In this document: in pieces, positions 26,135-35,197 of the stretch
How the letters are laid out: the number at the start of each line of letters is the position of its first letter
Position numbering within the stretch: the stretch's first letter is position 1
Source: an uncultured Acidobacteriota bacterium
GTDB taxonomy: Bacteria > Acidobacteriota > Polarisedimenticolia > Polarisedimenticolales > DASRJG01
Direction of reading: 5' to 3'
Assembly: GCA_964383585.1 (NCBI GenBank)
Contig: CAYLHQ010000013.1
Span: 16,944-80,943 of the forward strand
Length of the DNA: 64,000 bases
Position numbers and translations under genes: made by a program
Notes under the pieces: model-generated
What the model saw: the letters and a program-made list of their open reading frames with translations, nothing else
What the model was told of the DNA's origin: nothing
Databases searched by the model: none

Positions 26135-28174
26135 TCAGTCGGCCCCCAACCCCTCCATCGCCTTCCGGGCCGCGGCGAGGAGCGCTTTCGCCGAGATCGG
26201 CTCGCCGACGGCCCCCTTCATCCACGCGTCGGGAGTGAGCCGCCCCTGACGCGAGACCCGCTCGAATTCCGCCCCGAACGCCTTCCCGTGGAGCTTCTCG
26301 CCGAGTTGGAAGGCGATGACGTGGCCGATCGCGTAGTCCGGGAGGTACAGCGGGTAGGCGACCATGTGGGAGTAGATCGCGAGGATCTCGGAGTCCTTCA
26401 CCCCGAAGACCGGAGCGTAGAAGCGGTTCCAGACGTCCCGCGCGATCGCGAGCGTCGCCTCGCGCAGCTCCGCGGGGGTCGCCTCGGGATGGTCGTACAT
26501 CCACCGCCAGACCCGCATGTCGACGAGCGAGACCCCCCCGATTTCGTAGGTCGCCCACAGGGTCGAAAGGGCCTCGAGGTTCCGGGATTCCGCGCTCGGC
26601 CCCGCGAGACCGAGCAGTTCCATGTCGCGCTGCTGGAAGGTGAACGCGAGCGCCTCGGTGAAGGCGTTGTTCGGGACGCCGGAGAGGGTCCACCAGTCGA
26701 TGGCATGGAGCGAGAACACCTGCTCGACGTTGTGGCCGAGTTCGTGGATCGCGATGTTGTACCCCTTGTAGAGCATCCCCCCTTCCGGGATCCGTGTCCT
26801 CAGGTGCGCCTTGTCCTCCCTCCGGACCGCTCCCATCGCGTGGCCCGCGCCGCGCGATGGGTCGACGACGATCCGCTCCGAGAGGAACGCCGCCTTCTCC
26901 GCCGAGAAGCCGAGACCGGACAGGATCGCGGGGAGGTCCTCCTGGAACGCCGCGACCGTCGGGTACTTCTCCGTCATGATCGCGTCGAGCTCGGCCTCGC
27001 TCCGCCCGGAGCGAGGCTGGAACCCCGCGTACCAGATGTCGAACGGCTCCAGCGGACGGCCGAGGCGCTTCTCCACGATCTTCCCGAGACGCTTCACCTC
27101 CGGCGATTCGAGGACGGAGATCAAGAGCCCCTCGACCTCCGCCTCCGGGATCTGCCGGTCGATCTCGAATCGGCGCTTCGAGAAGGTCGGAGCGGTCGGG
27201 ACGTACGGGTCGGCGGCCTTCACGGCGCGGAAGGTGTCGAGGATCTTCGCGTAGCGGGTGTCGGGCTCGCGGGGCGCCGTTTCCCACGATCCGTTCCGGA
27301 CGGCGTTCGTCTCCGGGCACCAGAGAAGCTCGCCGTTCCCCCGCACCGCCTCGGGAATCTCCTGCCGGACGATCCGCTCCATCACCTTCAGGATGATCCG
27401 CTGCTTCTTCAGCCCTTCGACCCCCTGACCGTAGTGGGACTTGAGTTCGTCGCGCAGTCCCCAGTGCGTGATGAGACGGAGCCCCTCGGGAAACGGCTTC
27501 GTCCCGTCCGCGCAGACGAGGCGGTCCATCCGGATGTCGTACTCGTCGATGTAGCGGCTCGCGGCGGTGACCGCCTGGGAGATCCTCGCGGAAACTTCCG
27601 CCGGGATGCGCGCGGCGAAGCGGTCCATCAGGCGCGACCGGGCCCACGTCTCCCGGTCCCAAGAGGGTCCGAGGCGGAGGCGCTCGTCGAGGGTGTGGAC
27701 CGGGAAGTTGAGCAGGGCGAGGAAGGCGACTTTGGTCCGGTAGAGGTTCTCGTCGACCAAGGTCGCGAGGTCGAGGTTCGCGAGCAGATCGTCGACCTTC
27801 CCGACCGGCCCGGTGTCGAGGTCGATCGGGCTCAGGAGGCCGCGGCGGACCTCGTGGAGATGGCCGTCGATCTGCTCGAGCGCCTCCGAAAGGCGCCGGA
27901 AGGTCGCCGCGCGCTCGGCCGGGTCGGCGAGGAACCGATCGGTCACGAACGTCAGGAGTGCGGCGGCGTCCCCGTCCTCGGCGCGCCAACGCTCGACGAC
28001 CTGGCGGACGCCGCGCTCGATCCGTTCTCGCTCGGCGGCTCCGTAACGCTCGACCAGGAGGCGCACCCCCTCCTGGGCGGCGGGGTCGTACGGGCCGGGC
28101 GATGCCGTTCTCGCCGCGGAGACGGCGAGCGGAGCGAGGAGGAGAACGAGGGGGAGAGCGGTGCGGAGCGACAT
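26135..28174 (-). CDS. secreted zinc metallopeptidase (HExxH)
   Basis: Internal ATG 28174 with a signal peptide (MSLRTALPLVLLLAPLAVSAA). HELGHNVEQ zinc-binding motif. Confidence 0.7.
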   Translation of the reverse strand: MSLRTALPLVLLLAPLAVSAARTASPGPYDPAAQEGVRLLVERYGAAERERIERGVRQVVERWRAEDGDAAALLTFVTDRFLADPAERAATFRRLSEALEQIDGHLHEVRRGLLSPIDLDTGPVGKVDDLLANLDLATLVDENLYRTKVAFLALLNFPVHTLDERLRLGPSWDRETWARSRLMDRFAARIPAEVSARISQAVTAASRYIDEYDIRMDRLVCADGTKPFPEGLRLITHWGLRDELKSHYGQGVEGLKKQRIILKVMERIVRQEIPEAVRGNGELLWCPETNAVRNGSWETAPREPDTRYAKILDTFRAVKAADPYVPTAPTFSKRRFEIDRQIPEAEVEGLLISVLESPEVKRLGKIVEKRLGRPLEPFDIWYAGFQPRSGRSEAELDAIMTEKYPTVAAFQEDLPAILSGLGFSAEKAAFLSERIVVDPSRGAGHAMGAVRREDKAHLRTRIPEGGMLYKGYNIAIHELGHNVEQVFSLHAIDWWTLSGVPNNAFTEALAFTFQQRDMELLGLAGPSAESRNLEALSTLWATYEIGGVSLVDMRVWRWMYDHPEATPAELREATLAIARDVWNRFYAPVFGVKDSEILAIYSHMVAYPLYLPDYAIGHVIAFQLGEKLHGKAFGAEFERVSRQGRLTPDAWMKGAVGEPISAKALLAAARKAMEGLGAD

Positions 28175-28185
28175 GGGACCTCCGT

Positions 28186-29058
28186 TCAGTCGCGGCCCGC
28201 GAGCGAGAGCAGGCGCTTGAAGGCGCGGTCGAGGAGCCGCTCGGCCTCGCGCTCGTCCGCGGCGAACGTCTCGAGAATGACGCCGACGTTCCGGCGACGG
28301 CGGCCGAGACCGGAAGAGCGGGTGTGGATCCAAACGGCGGGGAACTCCTCGCGAAGGGTGTCGAGGATGGGCCGGAGGACCGACTCGTCGGGAGAAGGGG
28401 CCTCGAGATCGCGCCGTGCCGCCGCTCCGGGCGGGAAGAGGTCCCGAAGCGACGGGATCGCCGCCTCGAGAACGCTCTTCGCTTCCTCGGGGACACCGGG
28501 AAGGCAGAGAATCGCCCCTCCTCCGGTCCGGCGGACGAGGACCCCGGGAACCACCCCGTCTGCGTTTTCGATCACGTCGGCGCCGACCGGGAGGGTCGCC
28601 ATTTTCTCGCGGACCGCGGTCAGCCCTCCGGTCGGAACGACCCCGCGGTCGGCGAGCCGCACGTAAGCGGCCTCGACCATCCGGCGCGCGCCCGGGTGGA
28701 GCGCGAGGGGGAGGCGCAGAGCGTCCGAGATCCCGGCGAGCGTACGGTCGTCCTGGGTCGGGCCGAGCCCGCCGCTCGTGACCAGGAGGTGGGCCCCCCG
28801 CTCGAGCGCTTCGACGATCGCGGCGGCGATCGCCCTCTCGGAGTCGTCGACCGCGGTGATCCGGTGGACGATCGCCCCGCGCAGACTGAGCTGGGCGGCG
28901 ATTTCCGACGCGTTCCGGTCCTGCACGCGTCCGCGGAGGACGTCGCGGCCCACGACGAGGATTTCGGCGTGGAGCGGCTCTCGCCGGTCGCGGACGACCT
29001 TCGGCGCGGGAGAGGCCGAAGGACGCCTCCTCGGCGATCTGGGCGGAGTTCGTTTCAC
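28186..29058 (-). CDS. CinA-like / molybdopterin-binding (MoCF) domain protein
   Basis: AEILVVGRDVLRGRVQDRNASEI...LLVTSGGLGPTQDDRT is the CinA N-terminal/MoaB-like signature. The true start may be downstream of the Arg/Pro-rich N-terminus. Confidence 0.7.
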   Translation of the reverse strand: MKRTPPRSPRRRPSASPAPKVVRDRREPLHAEILVVGRDVLRGRVQDRNASEIAAQLSLRGAIVHRITAVDDSERAIAAAIVEALERGAHLLVTSGGLGPTQDDRTLAGISDALRLPLALHPGARRMVEAAYVRLADRGVVPTGGLTAVREKMATLPVGADVIENADGVVPGVLVRRTGGGAILCLPGVPEEAKSVLEAAIPSLRDLFPPGAAARRDLEAPSPDESVLRPILDTLREEFPAVWIHTRSSGLGRRRRNVGVILETFAADEREAERLLDRAFKRLLSLAGRD

Positions 29059-29165
29059 GTCGAGCCTCGGGTCCGGGAGGACCGGCGGCCGACCATAGCA
29101 CAGCCCCGGCCGGCGGGGCGGAAACCGAACCGCGCCGGTATCATCGAACGGTCGAGGGAGAGACG

Positions 29166-29777
29166 ATGGGACGACGATTCGGTTTGCTGGTCGCGGCGGC
29201 GTTTGTCGCGGCGCCCGCCCTCGGGGAGGTCAAGAACGGCATGGAGCGGGAAACGATCGTCCTTGGGGGGGGCTGTTTCTGGTGCATCGAAGCGGTCTTC
29301 GAGGAACTCCGCGGCGTGGACGCGGTCGTGTCGGGGTACGCGGGAGGCCACGTCCCCAACCCCACCTACGCGCAGGTTTGCGACGGCGAGACCGGACACG
29401 CGGAGGTGGTTCAGGTCACCTTCGATCCGAAGGTCATCCCGCTCCGGAAGATCCTCGAGGTCTTCTTCACCGTCCACGACCCGACGACTCCGAACCGGCA
29501 GGGGCCCGACGTGGGGACGCAGTACCGTTCCGTGGCCTTCTACCGGAACGAGGAGCAGAAGCGAGCGATCGAGGAGACGATCGCCGATTTCGCCGCGCGA
29601 AAGGTCTGGCGGGGGACGATCGTCACGGAGGTCGCTGCCCTGACGACCTTCTGGCCCGCCGAGGACTACCACCAGGAGTACTTCGAGCGGAACGGCTCGC
29701 AGCCCTATTGCCGGGCGGTCGTCGCCCCGAAGGTCGCGAAGTTCCGGAAGGAGTTCAAGGACTGGCTCAAGCGCTGA
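29166..29777 (+). CDS. msrA: peptide-methionine (S)-S-oxide reductase
   Basis: GGGCFWCIEAVF active-site motif with an N-terminal signal-like segment. Confidence 0.92.
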   Translation: MGRRFGLLVAAAFVAAPALGEVKNGMERETIVLGGGCFWCIEAVFEELRGVDAVVSGYAGGHVPNPTYAQVCDGETGHAEVVQVTFDPKVIPLRKILEVFFTVHDPTTPNRQGPDVGTQYRSVAFYRNEEQKRAIEETIADFAARKVWRGTIVTEVAALTTFWPAEDYHQEYFERNGSQPYCRAVVAPKVAKFRKEFKDWLKR

Positions 29778-30999
29778 GCGCGATCCCGCGCAGCGAGGCG
29801 ACGCGGCGGATCACCGCCTCGATCTCGCCGTTCGGGGTCGACGCACCGGCGGTGACGCCGATCTCGAGGGGTCCGGGAGGGAGCCAACCCGACGCCGTCT
29901 CCTCTCTGTGGAGGTGAAGCGGCTGGTGGCGGAGCCGCTCGGCGCTCTCGACGCACTCGGCCGACTGGATGTGGAACGTCGCGACCCCCTTTTCGAGACC
30001 GATCTCGAGGAGGTGCCCGGTGTTCGAGGAGTTGTACCCCCCGATCACGAGGAGCAGGTCGAGACGGTGGGCGGCGAGCAACGCGTAGAGGGCGTCCTGA
30101 CGGTCTTGGGTGGCGCTGCAGATCGTGTCGAACGTGCGGAAACGCGCCGCGGCCTCGGCCTCGCCGAATCGACGGACCATCGCCTGCCGGACGGTCTCCG
30201 CGATCTCGAGCGATTCGCTCGAGAGCATGGTCGTCTGGTTCGCGCAACCGATGCGCTCGAGGTCCCGGTCGGGATCGAACCCCGGGGACAGCGCGGGCGC
30301 GAGCCGCCGCAGGAACTCCTCGCGGTCCCCCTTCCCCTCGATCCGGTCGCACAGCGTTCGGGCCTCTTCCATGTCCCGCACGACGACGTACCGACCTCCC
30401 GGGTACTGGAGGGCCCTCGACGCGGTCGCCCGGGTCTCCTCGTGGGCGTACTTGCCGTGGATCAGGGCGGTGAAACCGTCGCGGGCGTAGCGCTCGACGT
30501 TCTTCCAAACGTTCAAGACGGAGCCGCAGGTCGTGTCGACGAGGATCACGTTCTTCTCGCGGAGCCGCGCCATGTCCTCGACCGGGACGCCGAAGGCCGG
30601 CAGGAGGACCACGTCGTCCTCGCGCAATCCGTCGATCGAGGCCCCGTCGTCCGATCCGTCGAGGAAACGGATCCCCATCTCGACGAGCCGACCGTTCACG
30701 CCTGGGTTGTGGATGATCTCTCCCGTGATGAAGAGGCGCTTGCCGGGGAATTTCTCCCGGGTCTCGTAGGCATACTCGATCGCGCGGTCGACGCCGTAGC
30801 AGAAACCGAACTCCTGGGCGAGGCGGAAGGTGACGTCTCCCGCACGCAGCGCGAACCCATCCGCGCGCATCCGCTCGATGAGGGGGCTGTGGTAGTGCCG
30901 GACGAGCTGCCCGCCGATCACCTGCTTGAGGCCGAAGCCCCGATTGACGTACCGCGTCTCCGCCATGCCGCCTCTCTCCACCGGGGCACTATAGGCCAC
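29767..30999 (-). CDS. ispH: 4-hydroxy-3-methylbut-2-enyl diphosphate reductase (long form)
   Basis: FGFCYGVDRAI, TGEIIHNP and DTTCGSVLNVW motifs. Confidence 0.9.
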   Translation of the reverse strand: MAYSAPVERGGMAETRYVNRGFGLKQVIGGQLVRHYHSPLIERMRADGFALRAGDVTFRLAQEFGFCYGVDRAIEYAYETREKFPGKRLFITGEIIHNPGVNGRLVEMGIRFLDGSDDGASIDGLREDDVVLLPAFGVPVEDMARLREKNVILVDTTCGSVLNVWKNVERYARDGFTALIHGKYAHEETRATASRALQYPGGRYVVVRDMEEARTLCDRIEGKGDREEFLRRLAPALSPGFDPDRDLERIGCANQTTMLSSESLEIAETVRQAMVRRFGEAEAAARFRTFDTICSATQDRQDALYALLAAHRLDLLLVIGGYNSSNTGHLLEIGLEKGVATFHIQSAECVESAERLRHQPLHLHREETASGWLPPGPLEIGVTAGASTPNGEIEAVIRRVASLRGIALSA

Positions 31000-31062
31000 G
31001 AGGTGGAGGGCGTCACGCGGGGGCGGGTGCTATCGTGCACGGCGTTCCGGGGGCCAGTCGAG

Positions 31063-32247
31063 ATGCCGCTCATCCGCGCCGGGGTCGGACTCTCCACCGC
31101 GGCCGAAACCGAAGTCGCAGCGAACGAGGCGTCCCGGCGGGCGATGTCTGCCCTCGGGGGGCAGCCGGCCGATTGGTGCCTCGCCTTCACGACCGTGCCC
31201 CACTGCAAGCGCCTCGACGACCTCCTCACCGGTGTCTCCCTCGCGTGCGGCACGCCGTACGTCGCGGGGTGTTCCGGCTGGGGGGTCATCGCCGAGGGTC
31301 GCGAGGTCGAACGTGGCGCGGCGGTGGGCGTGCTCGCCGTCGCCTCGGATTCCCTCCGCGCGACCCCCTTCCTGTTCCACGACGAGGGAGGCCGGGGGCT
31401 CACCGCCGGGATCCGGGTCGGGCAGAGACTCCAGAGTTCGCGGGGGACGCGTGATCTCGTCCTCGTGTGGCCCGACCCGTTCCGCATCCGGCCCGACCGG
31501 CTCCTTCAAGGGCTCGGATCGACGCTCGGCGGGATCCCCGTGTGCGGCGCGGCGGCCGCGGGGGACGCACCCGACGGCCCGACCTTCCAGTTTTGCGGGA
31601 TCGAGGCGGCAACCGGGGCCGTCTCAGGGGTCCGACTCGGAGGGGAGTTCCGGCACCGCGTGGCGATCAGCCAGGGGTGCCGCCCCGCCGGTCGGCCGGT
31701 CCGCGTCACCCGCGCGCACGACAACTTGATCCTCGAACTCGACGGACGCTCGCCGTACGAGGTCCTCGAGTCCTCGGTCCCGGCCGAGTGCCTCCGCGCG
31801 CCGGAGCACACGGTCGCCTGCGTGAGCGTCGGCTTGATTCCCGACCCCACGCAGGCGATTTTCCGGCCCGGCGAGTACCTGATCCGGAACCTCGTCGCCG
31901 CCGACCCCGACACGGGGATCCTGGCGATCGCCGATTCGATCGAGGAGGGTCAATCGCTCGTCTTCGCGGTGCGCGAGCCGCGCGCGGCGAGGGAGGACCT
32001 GACCACGGTCGTCTCGCGGGTCGCCGCGGAGAGCGCCGGAGAAACCCACCGGTTCGGGCTCTACTTCAACTGCCTCGCGCGCGGCGAGTCGCTGTACGGA
32101 TCGCCGGGGGTCGACGCGGAGATCCTCGGCCGCGCGTTTCCGGGGCTCCCGATCCTCGGCTTCTTCGGAAACGCGGAGATCGCCCCTTTGCGAGGGGCGA
32201 GCCACCTCTTCACCTATACCGGGGTCCTCCTCCTCGTGGGGGAGTGA
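31063..32247 (+). CDS. FIST N/C domain signal-transduction protein
   Basis: Internal ATG 31063. Overall FIST-like sequence ending GFFGNAEIAP. Confidence 0.7.
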   Translation: MPLIRAGVGLSTAAETEVAANEASRRAMSALGGQPADWCLAFTTVPHCKRLDDLLTGVSLACGTPYVAGCSGWGVIAEGREVERGAAVGVLAVASDSLRATPFLFHDEGGRGLTAGIRVGQRLQSSRGTRDLVLVWPDPFRIRPDRLLQGLGSTLGGIPVCGAAAAGDAPDGPTFQFCGIEAATGAVSGVRLGGEFRHRVAISQGCRPAGRPVRVTRAHDNLILELDGRSPYEVLESSVPAECLRAPEHTVACVSVGLIPDPTQAIFRPGEYLIRNLVAADPDTGILAIADSIEEGQSLVFAVREPRAAREDLTTVVSRVAAESAGETHRFGLYFNCLARGESLYGSPGVDAEILGRAFPGLPILGFFGNAEIAPLRGASHLFTYTGVLLLVGE

Positions 32248-33184
32248 TCGCCCCGGCCGCGCGGCGTAGAGCCCGGACCAGCTTCCGGAAATCGGAAGGC
32301 GGGTCCGCCTGGAACCGGAGGCTTTCTCCGGAGACCGGGTGGGTGAGCGAGAGCCTCCAGGCGTGGAGCGCGACCCGTCCGATGAGTGGGGAGTCGGTTC
32401 CGTACGTGCGGTCTCCGATGAGGGGATGGCGCTCCGCCGCGAACTGCACGCGGATCTGGTTCCTCCGTCCGGTCTCGAGCCTCACCTCGACGAGCGCGGC
32501 GTCGTCGAAGCGTTCCTTCACGCGGTAGCGGAGCGTCGCAGGGCGAGCACCCGGGGCGGGAGGGACGACGCGGACCTTGAGGCTTCGAGGGTCCTCGTGG
32601 AGTGCGTGCGCGAGGCGTCCCGCCGGCGGTTGCGGGACGCCGTGGACCACCGCGAGGTAGACGCGCTGCGGTTCCCCCGAGGCGAAGGCCCGGCGAAGTG
32701 CGCTCCACGTCCGGGAATCGCGCGCGTAGGCGACGAGTCCCGACGTGAAGCGGTCGATCCGGTGGACCGCGCGCACCCGATCCCTGCGTCCGCGGAGGCG
32801 CTCGCGGGCGGAGAGCAGATCCTGGAGCGATTCTCCGCGGAGCGAGGGGACGGGAACGGTGAGGAACCCCGCTTCCTTGTCGACGACGATCAAGTGGTCG
32901 TCCTCGAAGACGACGCGGAAGCCGGGGCCCGACGATCGGTTCCGTTTCGGCGTCCGGTAGCCGCGTTCCGCCTCGAAGGCCGCCTCGACGCGGTCTCCCT
33001 CGGAGAGCCGTTCGTCGACTCGGACGACCCGCTCTCCGTTCCGTCGGACCGCGCCGGCGGCGATGAGCCCTTTCGCGAGGGCGTGGCTCATGCCTCCCCG
33101 GTCGTGAAGGAGACGCGCGACGGTCTTCCCCGCGTCGTCCGCCGAGGCGTCGAGGCGGAGGCGTCCCGCGGCGCGGTCGGTCAC
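32210..33184 (-). CDS. RluA-family pseudouridine synthase (S4 domain + catalytic domain)
   Basis: GTG start in a GTGA overlap. Catalytic motif HRIDRFTSGLV. ETGRRNQIRVQ. Confidence 0.85.
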   Translation of the reverse strand: MTDRAAGRLRLDASADDAGKTVARLLHDRGGMSHALAKGLIAAGAVRRNGERVVRVDERLSEGDRVEAAFEAERGYRTPKRNRSSGPGFRVVFEDDHLIVVDKEAGFLTVPVPSLRGESLQDLLSARERLRGRRDRVRAVHRIDRFTSGLVAYARDSRTWSALRRAFASGEPQRVYLAVVHGVPQPPAGRLAHALHEDPRSLKVRVVPPAPGARPATLRYRVKERFDDAALVEVRLETGRRNQIRVQFAAERHPLIGDRTYGTDSPLIGRVALHAWRLSLTHPVSGESLRFQADPPSDFRKLVRALRRAAGAITPPRGGGPRYR

Positions 33185-33774
33185 GTGGACGTTCTCCTGC
33201 GAATCACGCGGGCCTCGCGCACGACGATCGCCGGTACCTCGAGGCAGGTCCGCCGGAACTGGACGATCCCGAACGGCTCTCCACGGACCGTTCCGCGTCC
33301 GTGGAGCTCGAAACGGTGGACCCGCGCGTACATCCCACCGGCGTCCTCGTCCTCGCTGCGTCGCTCCTCGAACTCCTCCTCGGGTTCGAGGACGACGCCG
33401 GCGGGCAACGCGGCGAAAACGGCCCGGATGCGGGCGGCGAGGTCCGGGGCGAAGACCCGGACCTCGTACTCGAAGCGCGCCTCGGCGAGATTCCGCTCCC
33501 GCAGGATCCTCGTCTCGATCTCTTGCGCGTTCGCTTCGGCGACCGCCTCGCGCAGGGCCGGAAGGTCGGCGGCCGACACGAGCAGGTGCGACACGTTGTG
33601 GCCCGGACGGAGGATCTCGCCGATGCGCTCCTTCACGCTCTCGCAGTCGAACCCCTCGCGCTCGAGGTCGACGACGGGGTCCGTCGTCCCTCGCCCGCGG
33701 AGGAAGGCGATCACGAAGGCCTTCGCGATCTCCTTCGGGCCCTCCATCAGTACCTCGATGCTCGAAGAGGCCAT
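33181..33774 (-). CDS. hypothetical cytoplasmic protein (197 aa), two beta-alpha-beta-like halves
   Basis: High GC3 and acidic, non-repetitive sequence. Translationally coupled to the downstream rluA-like gene and 9 nt downstream of the permease gene. Confidence 0.6.
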   Translation of the reverse strand: MASSSIEVLMEGPKEIAKAFVIAFLRGRGTTDPVVDLEREGFDCESVKERIGEILRPGHNVSHLLVSAADLPALREAVAEANAQEIETRILRERNLAEARFEYEVRVFAPDLAARIRAVFAALPAGVVLEPEEEFEERRSEDEDAGGMYARVHRFELHGRGTVRGEPFGIVQFRRTCLEVPAIVVREARVIRRRTST

Positions 33775-33783
33775 GGTGTCCTC

Positions 33784-35172
33784 CTACCTCAGGATCAACG
33801 TCAACACCAGGAAGATCGGGAAGAGGACCGGGAGCGACCAGCGAAACACGTACCCGAAGAACGACGGCATCGGGACGCCGCGGTCCTCCGCGATCGACTT
33901 CACCATGAAGTTGGGGGCGTTGCCGATGTAGGTGTTCGCCCCCATGAACACGGCGCCCAGCGAGACCGCGGCCAGGTGCAGCGGGTGTTCGGTCACGAGA
34001 CGCGCAACCGCGTGCGCCTCCGCGAGGCCGGGGTAGAAGCGCCCCAACTCCAGGGTGAAGAAGCTGAGATACGTCGGCGCGTTGTCGAGGAAAGACGAGA
34101 GGAACCCGCTCGCCCAGAAGTACTGCCACGGTTCCTCGACGCGCGTGAAGAGCGGACCGAGCGGGCCTTCGGTACCCGCGCGGAGGATCGAGAGCGCCGG
34201 GATGATCGTGACGAAGATCCCGGCGAAGAGGATCGCGACCTCACGGATCGGCTCCCACGAAAAGTCGTTCCGGCGTCTCAAGTCCGTGGGGGTCGCGAGG
34301 AGCGAGAGTCCCCCGCAGGCGAGCACCAGAAGGTCCCGCACGATCCCCGCCGGCGAGAGGGAGACGCCCAGGAGCGGGATGGGTTCCGGCCGCCAGACCC
34401 CCGAGAGGAAAACCGCGCCGAGGATTCCCGCGAGAAAGATCAGATTGACGAGGCCGTCCGCCCCGAACGGCTCGTCGGAGAGGGGCGGCTCCTCGTCCTC
34501 GCGGGCGTAGTAACGGCGGTCGAGGAAGTAGAAGACGACAAGGAGGTAACCGACCGTGAGCGCCGTTTCGGGAAAGAGCTGCAACGTCCACTCGAACGGC
34601 ACCCCGTGGAGGAAACCGAGGAAGAGAGGGGGGTCGCCGAGCGGCGTCAGGCTTCCCCCGACGTTCGCGACGAGGAAAATGAAAAAGACGACGGTGTGGA
34701 CCCGGTAGCGCCTCCAAGCGTTCGAACGCAGGAGCGGCCGGATGAGGAGCATCGCGGCACCGGTCGTTCCGACGAACGAGGCGATCGACGTTCCGACCGC
34801 GAGGATCGCGACATTGGTTCCGGGACTGCCGGCGAGACCGCCGCGGAGGACGATCCCGCCGGATACGGTGAAGAGCCCCCAGAGCAGGATCACGAAAGGA
34901 ACGTAGTCGAGGAGCCCGATGTGCAAGATCTCGTGCAGCGCCGCGCCGCGATGGACGGCGAGGAAGGGCGCCGCGAAGAGGACGGCCCAGGCGAGGGACA
35001 CCTTCGGATAGTGGCGATGCCAGAAGTGCGGCGCGAGGAGGGGAAAGAGGGCGATCGAGAGGAGGATCCCCGTGAAGGGGATCGTCGTCCAGAGCGGGAG
35101 GGCCCCGTCGAGTCCGGTCCCAGTCCCGGACGAGGGTGCTGCGGTAAGGAGCAGGGAGGAAATCGGCGTCAA
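33784..35172 (-). CDS. ArsB/NhaD-superfamily ion permease (sodium:proton antiporter-like)
   Basis: Polytopic membrane protein with LIRPLLRSN, VANVGGSLTPLGDPPLFLGF and YIGNAPNFMV motifs. Start placed at TTG 35172 (GAGG 7 nt upstream); ATG 35247 is an alternative. Confidence 0.75.
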   Translation of the reverse strand: MTPISSLLLTAAPSSGTGTGLDGALPLWTTIPFTGILLSIALFPLLAPHFWHRHYPKVSLAWAVLFAAPFLAVHRGAALHEILHIGLLDYVPFVILLWGLFTVSGGIVLRGGLAGSPGTNVAILAVGTSIASFVGTTGAAMLLIRPLLRSNAWRRYRVHTVVFFIFLVANVGGSLTPLGDPPLFLGFLHGVPFEWTLQLFPETALTVGYLLVVFYFLDRRYYAREDEEPPLSDEPFGADGLVNLIFLAGILGAVFLSGVWRPEPIPLLGVSLSPAGIVRDLLVLACGGLSLLATPTDLRRRNDFSWEPIREVAILFAGIFVTIIPALSILRAGTEGPLGPLFTRVEEPWQYFWASGFLSSFLDNAPTYLSFFTLELGRFYPGLAEAHAVARLVTEHPLHLAAVSLGAVFMGANTYIGNAPNFMVKSIAEDRGVPMPSFFGYVFRWSLPVLFPIFLVLTLILR

Positions 35173-35197
35173 GGACGACCTCGGCCCGCGGAGGGTA

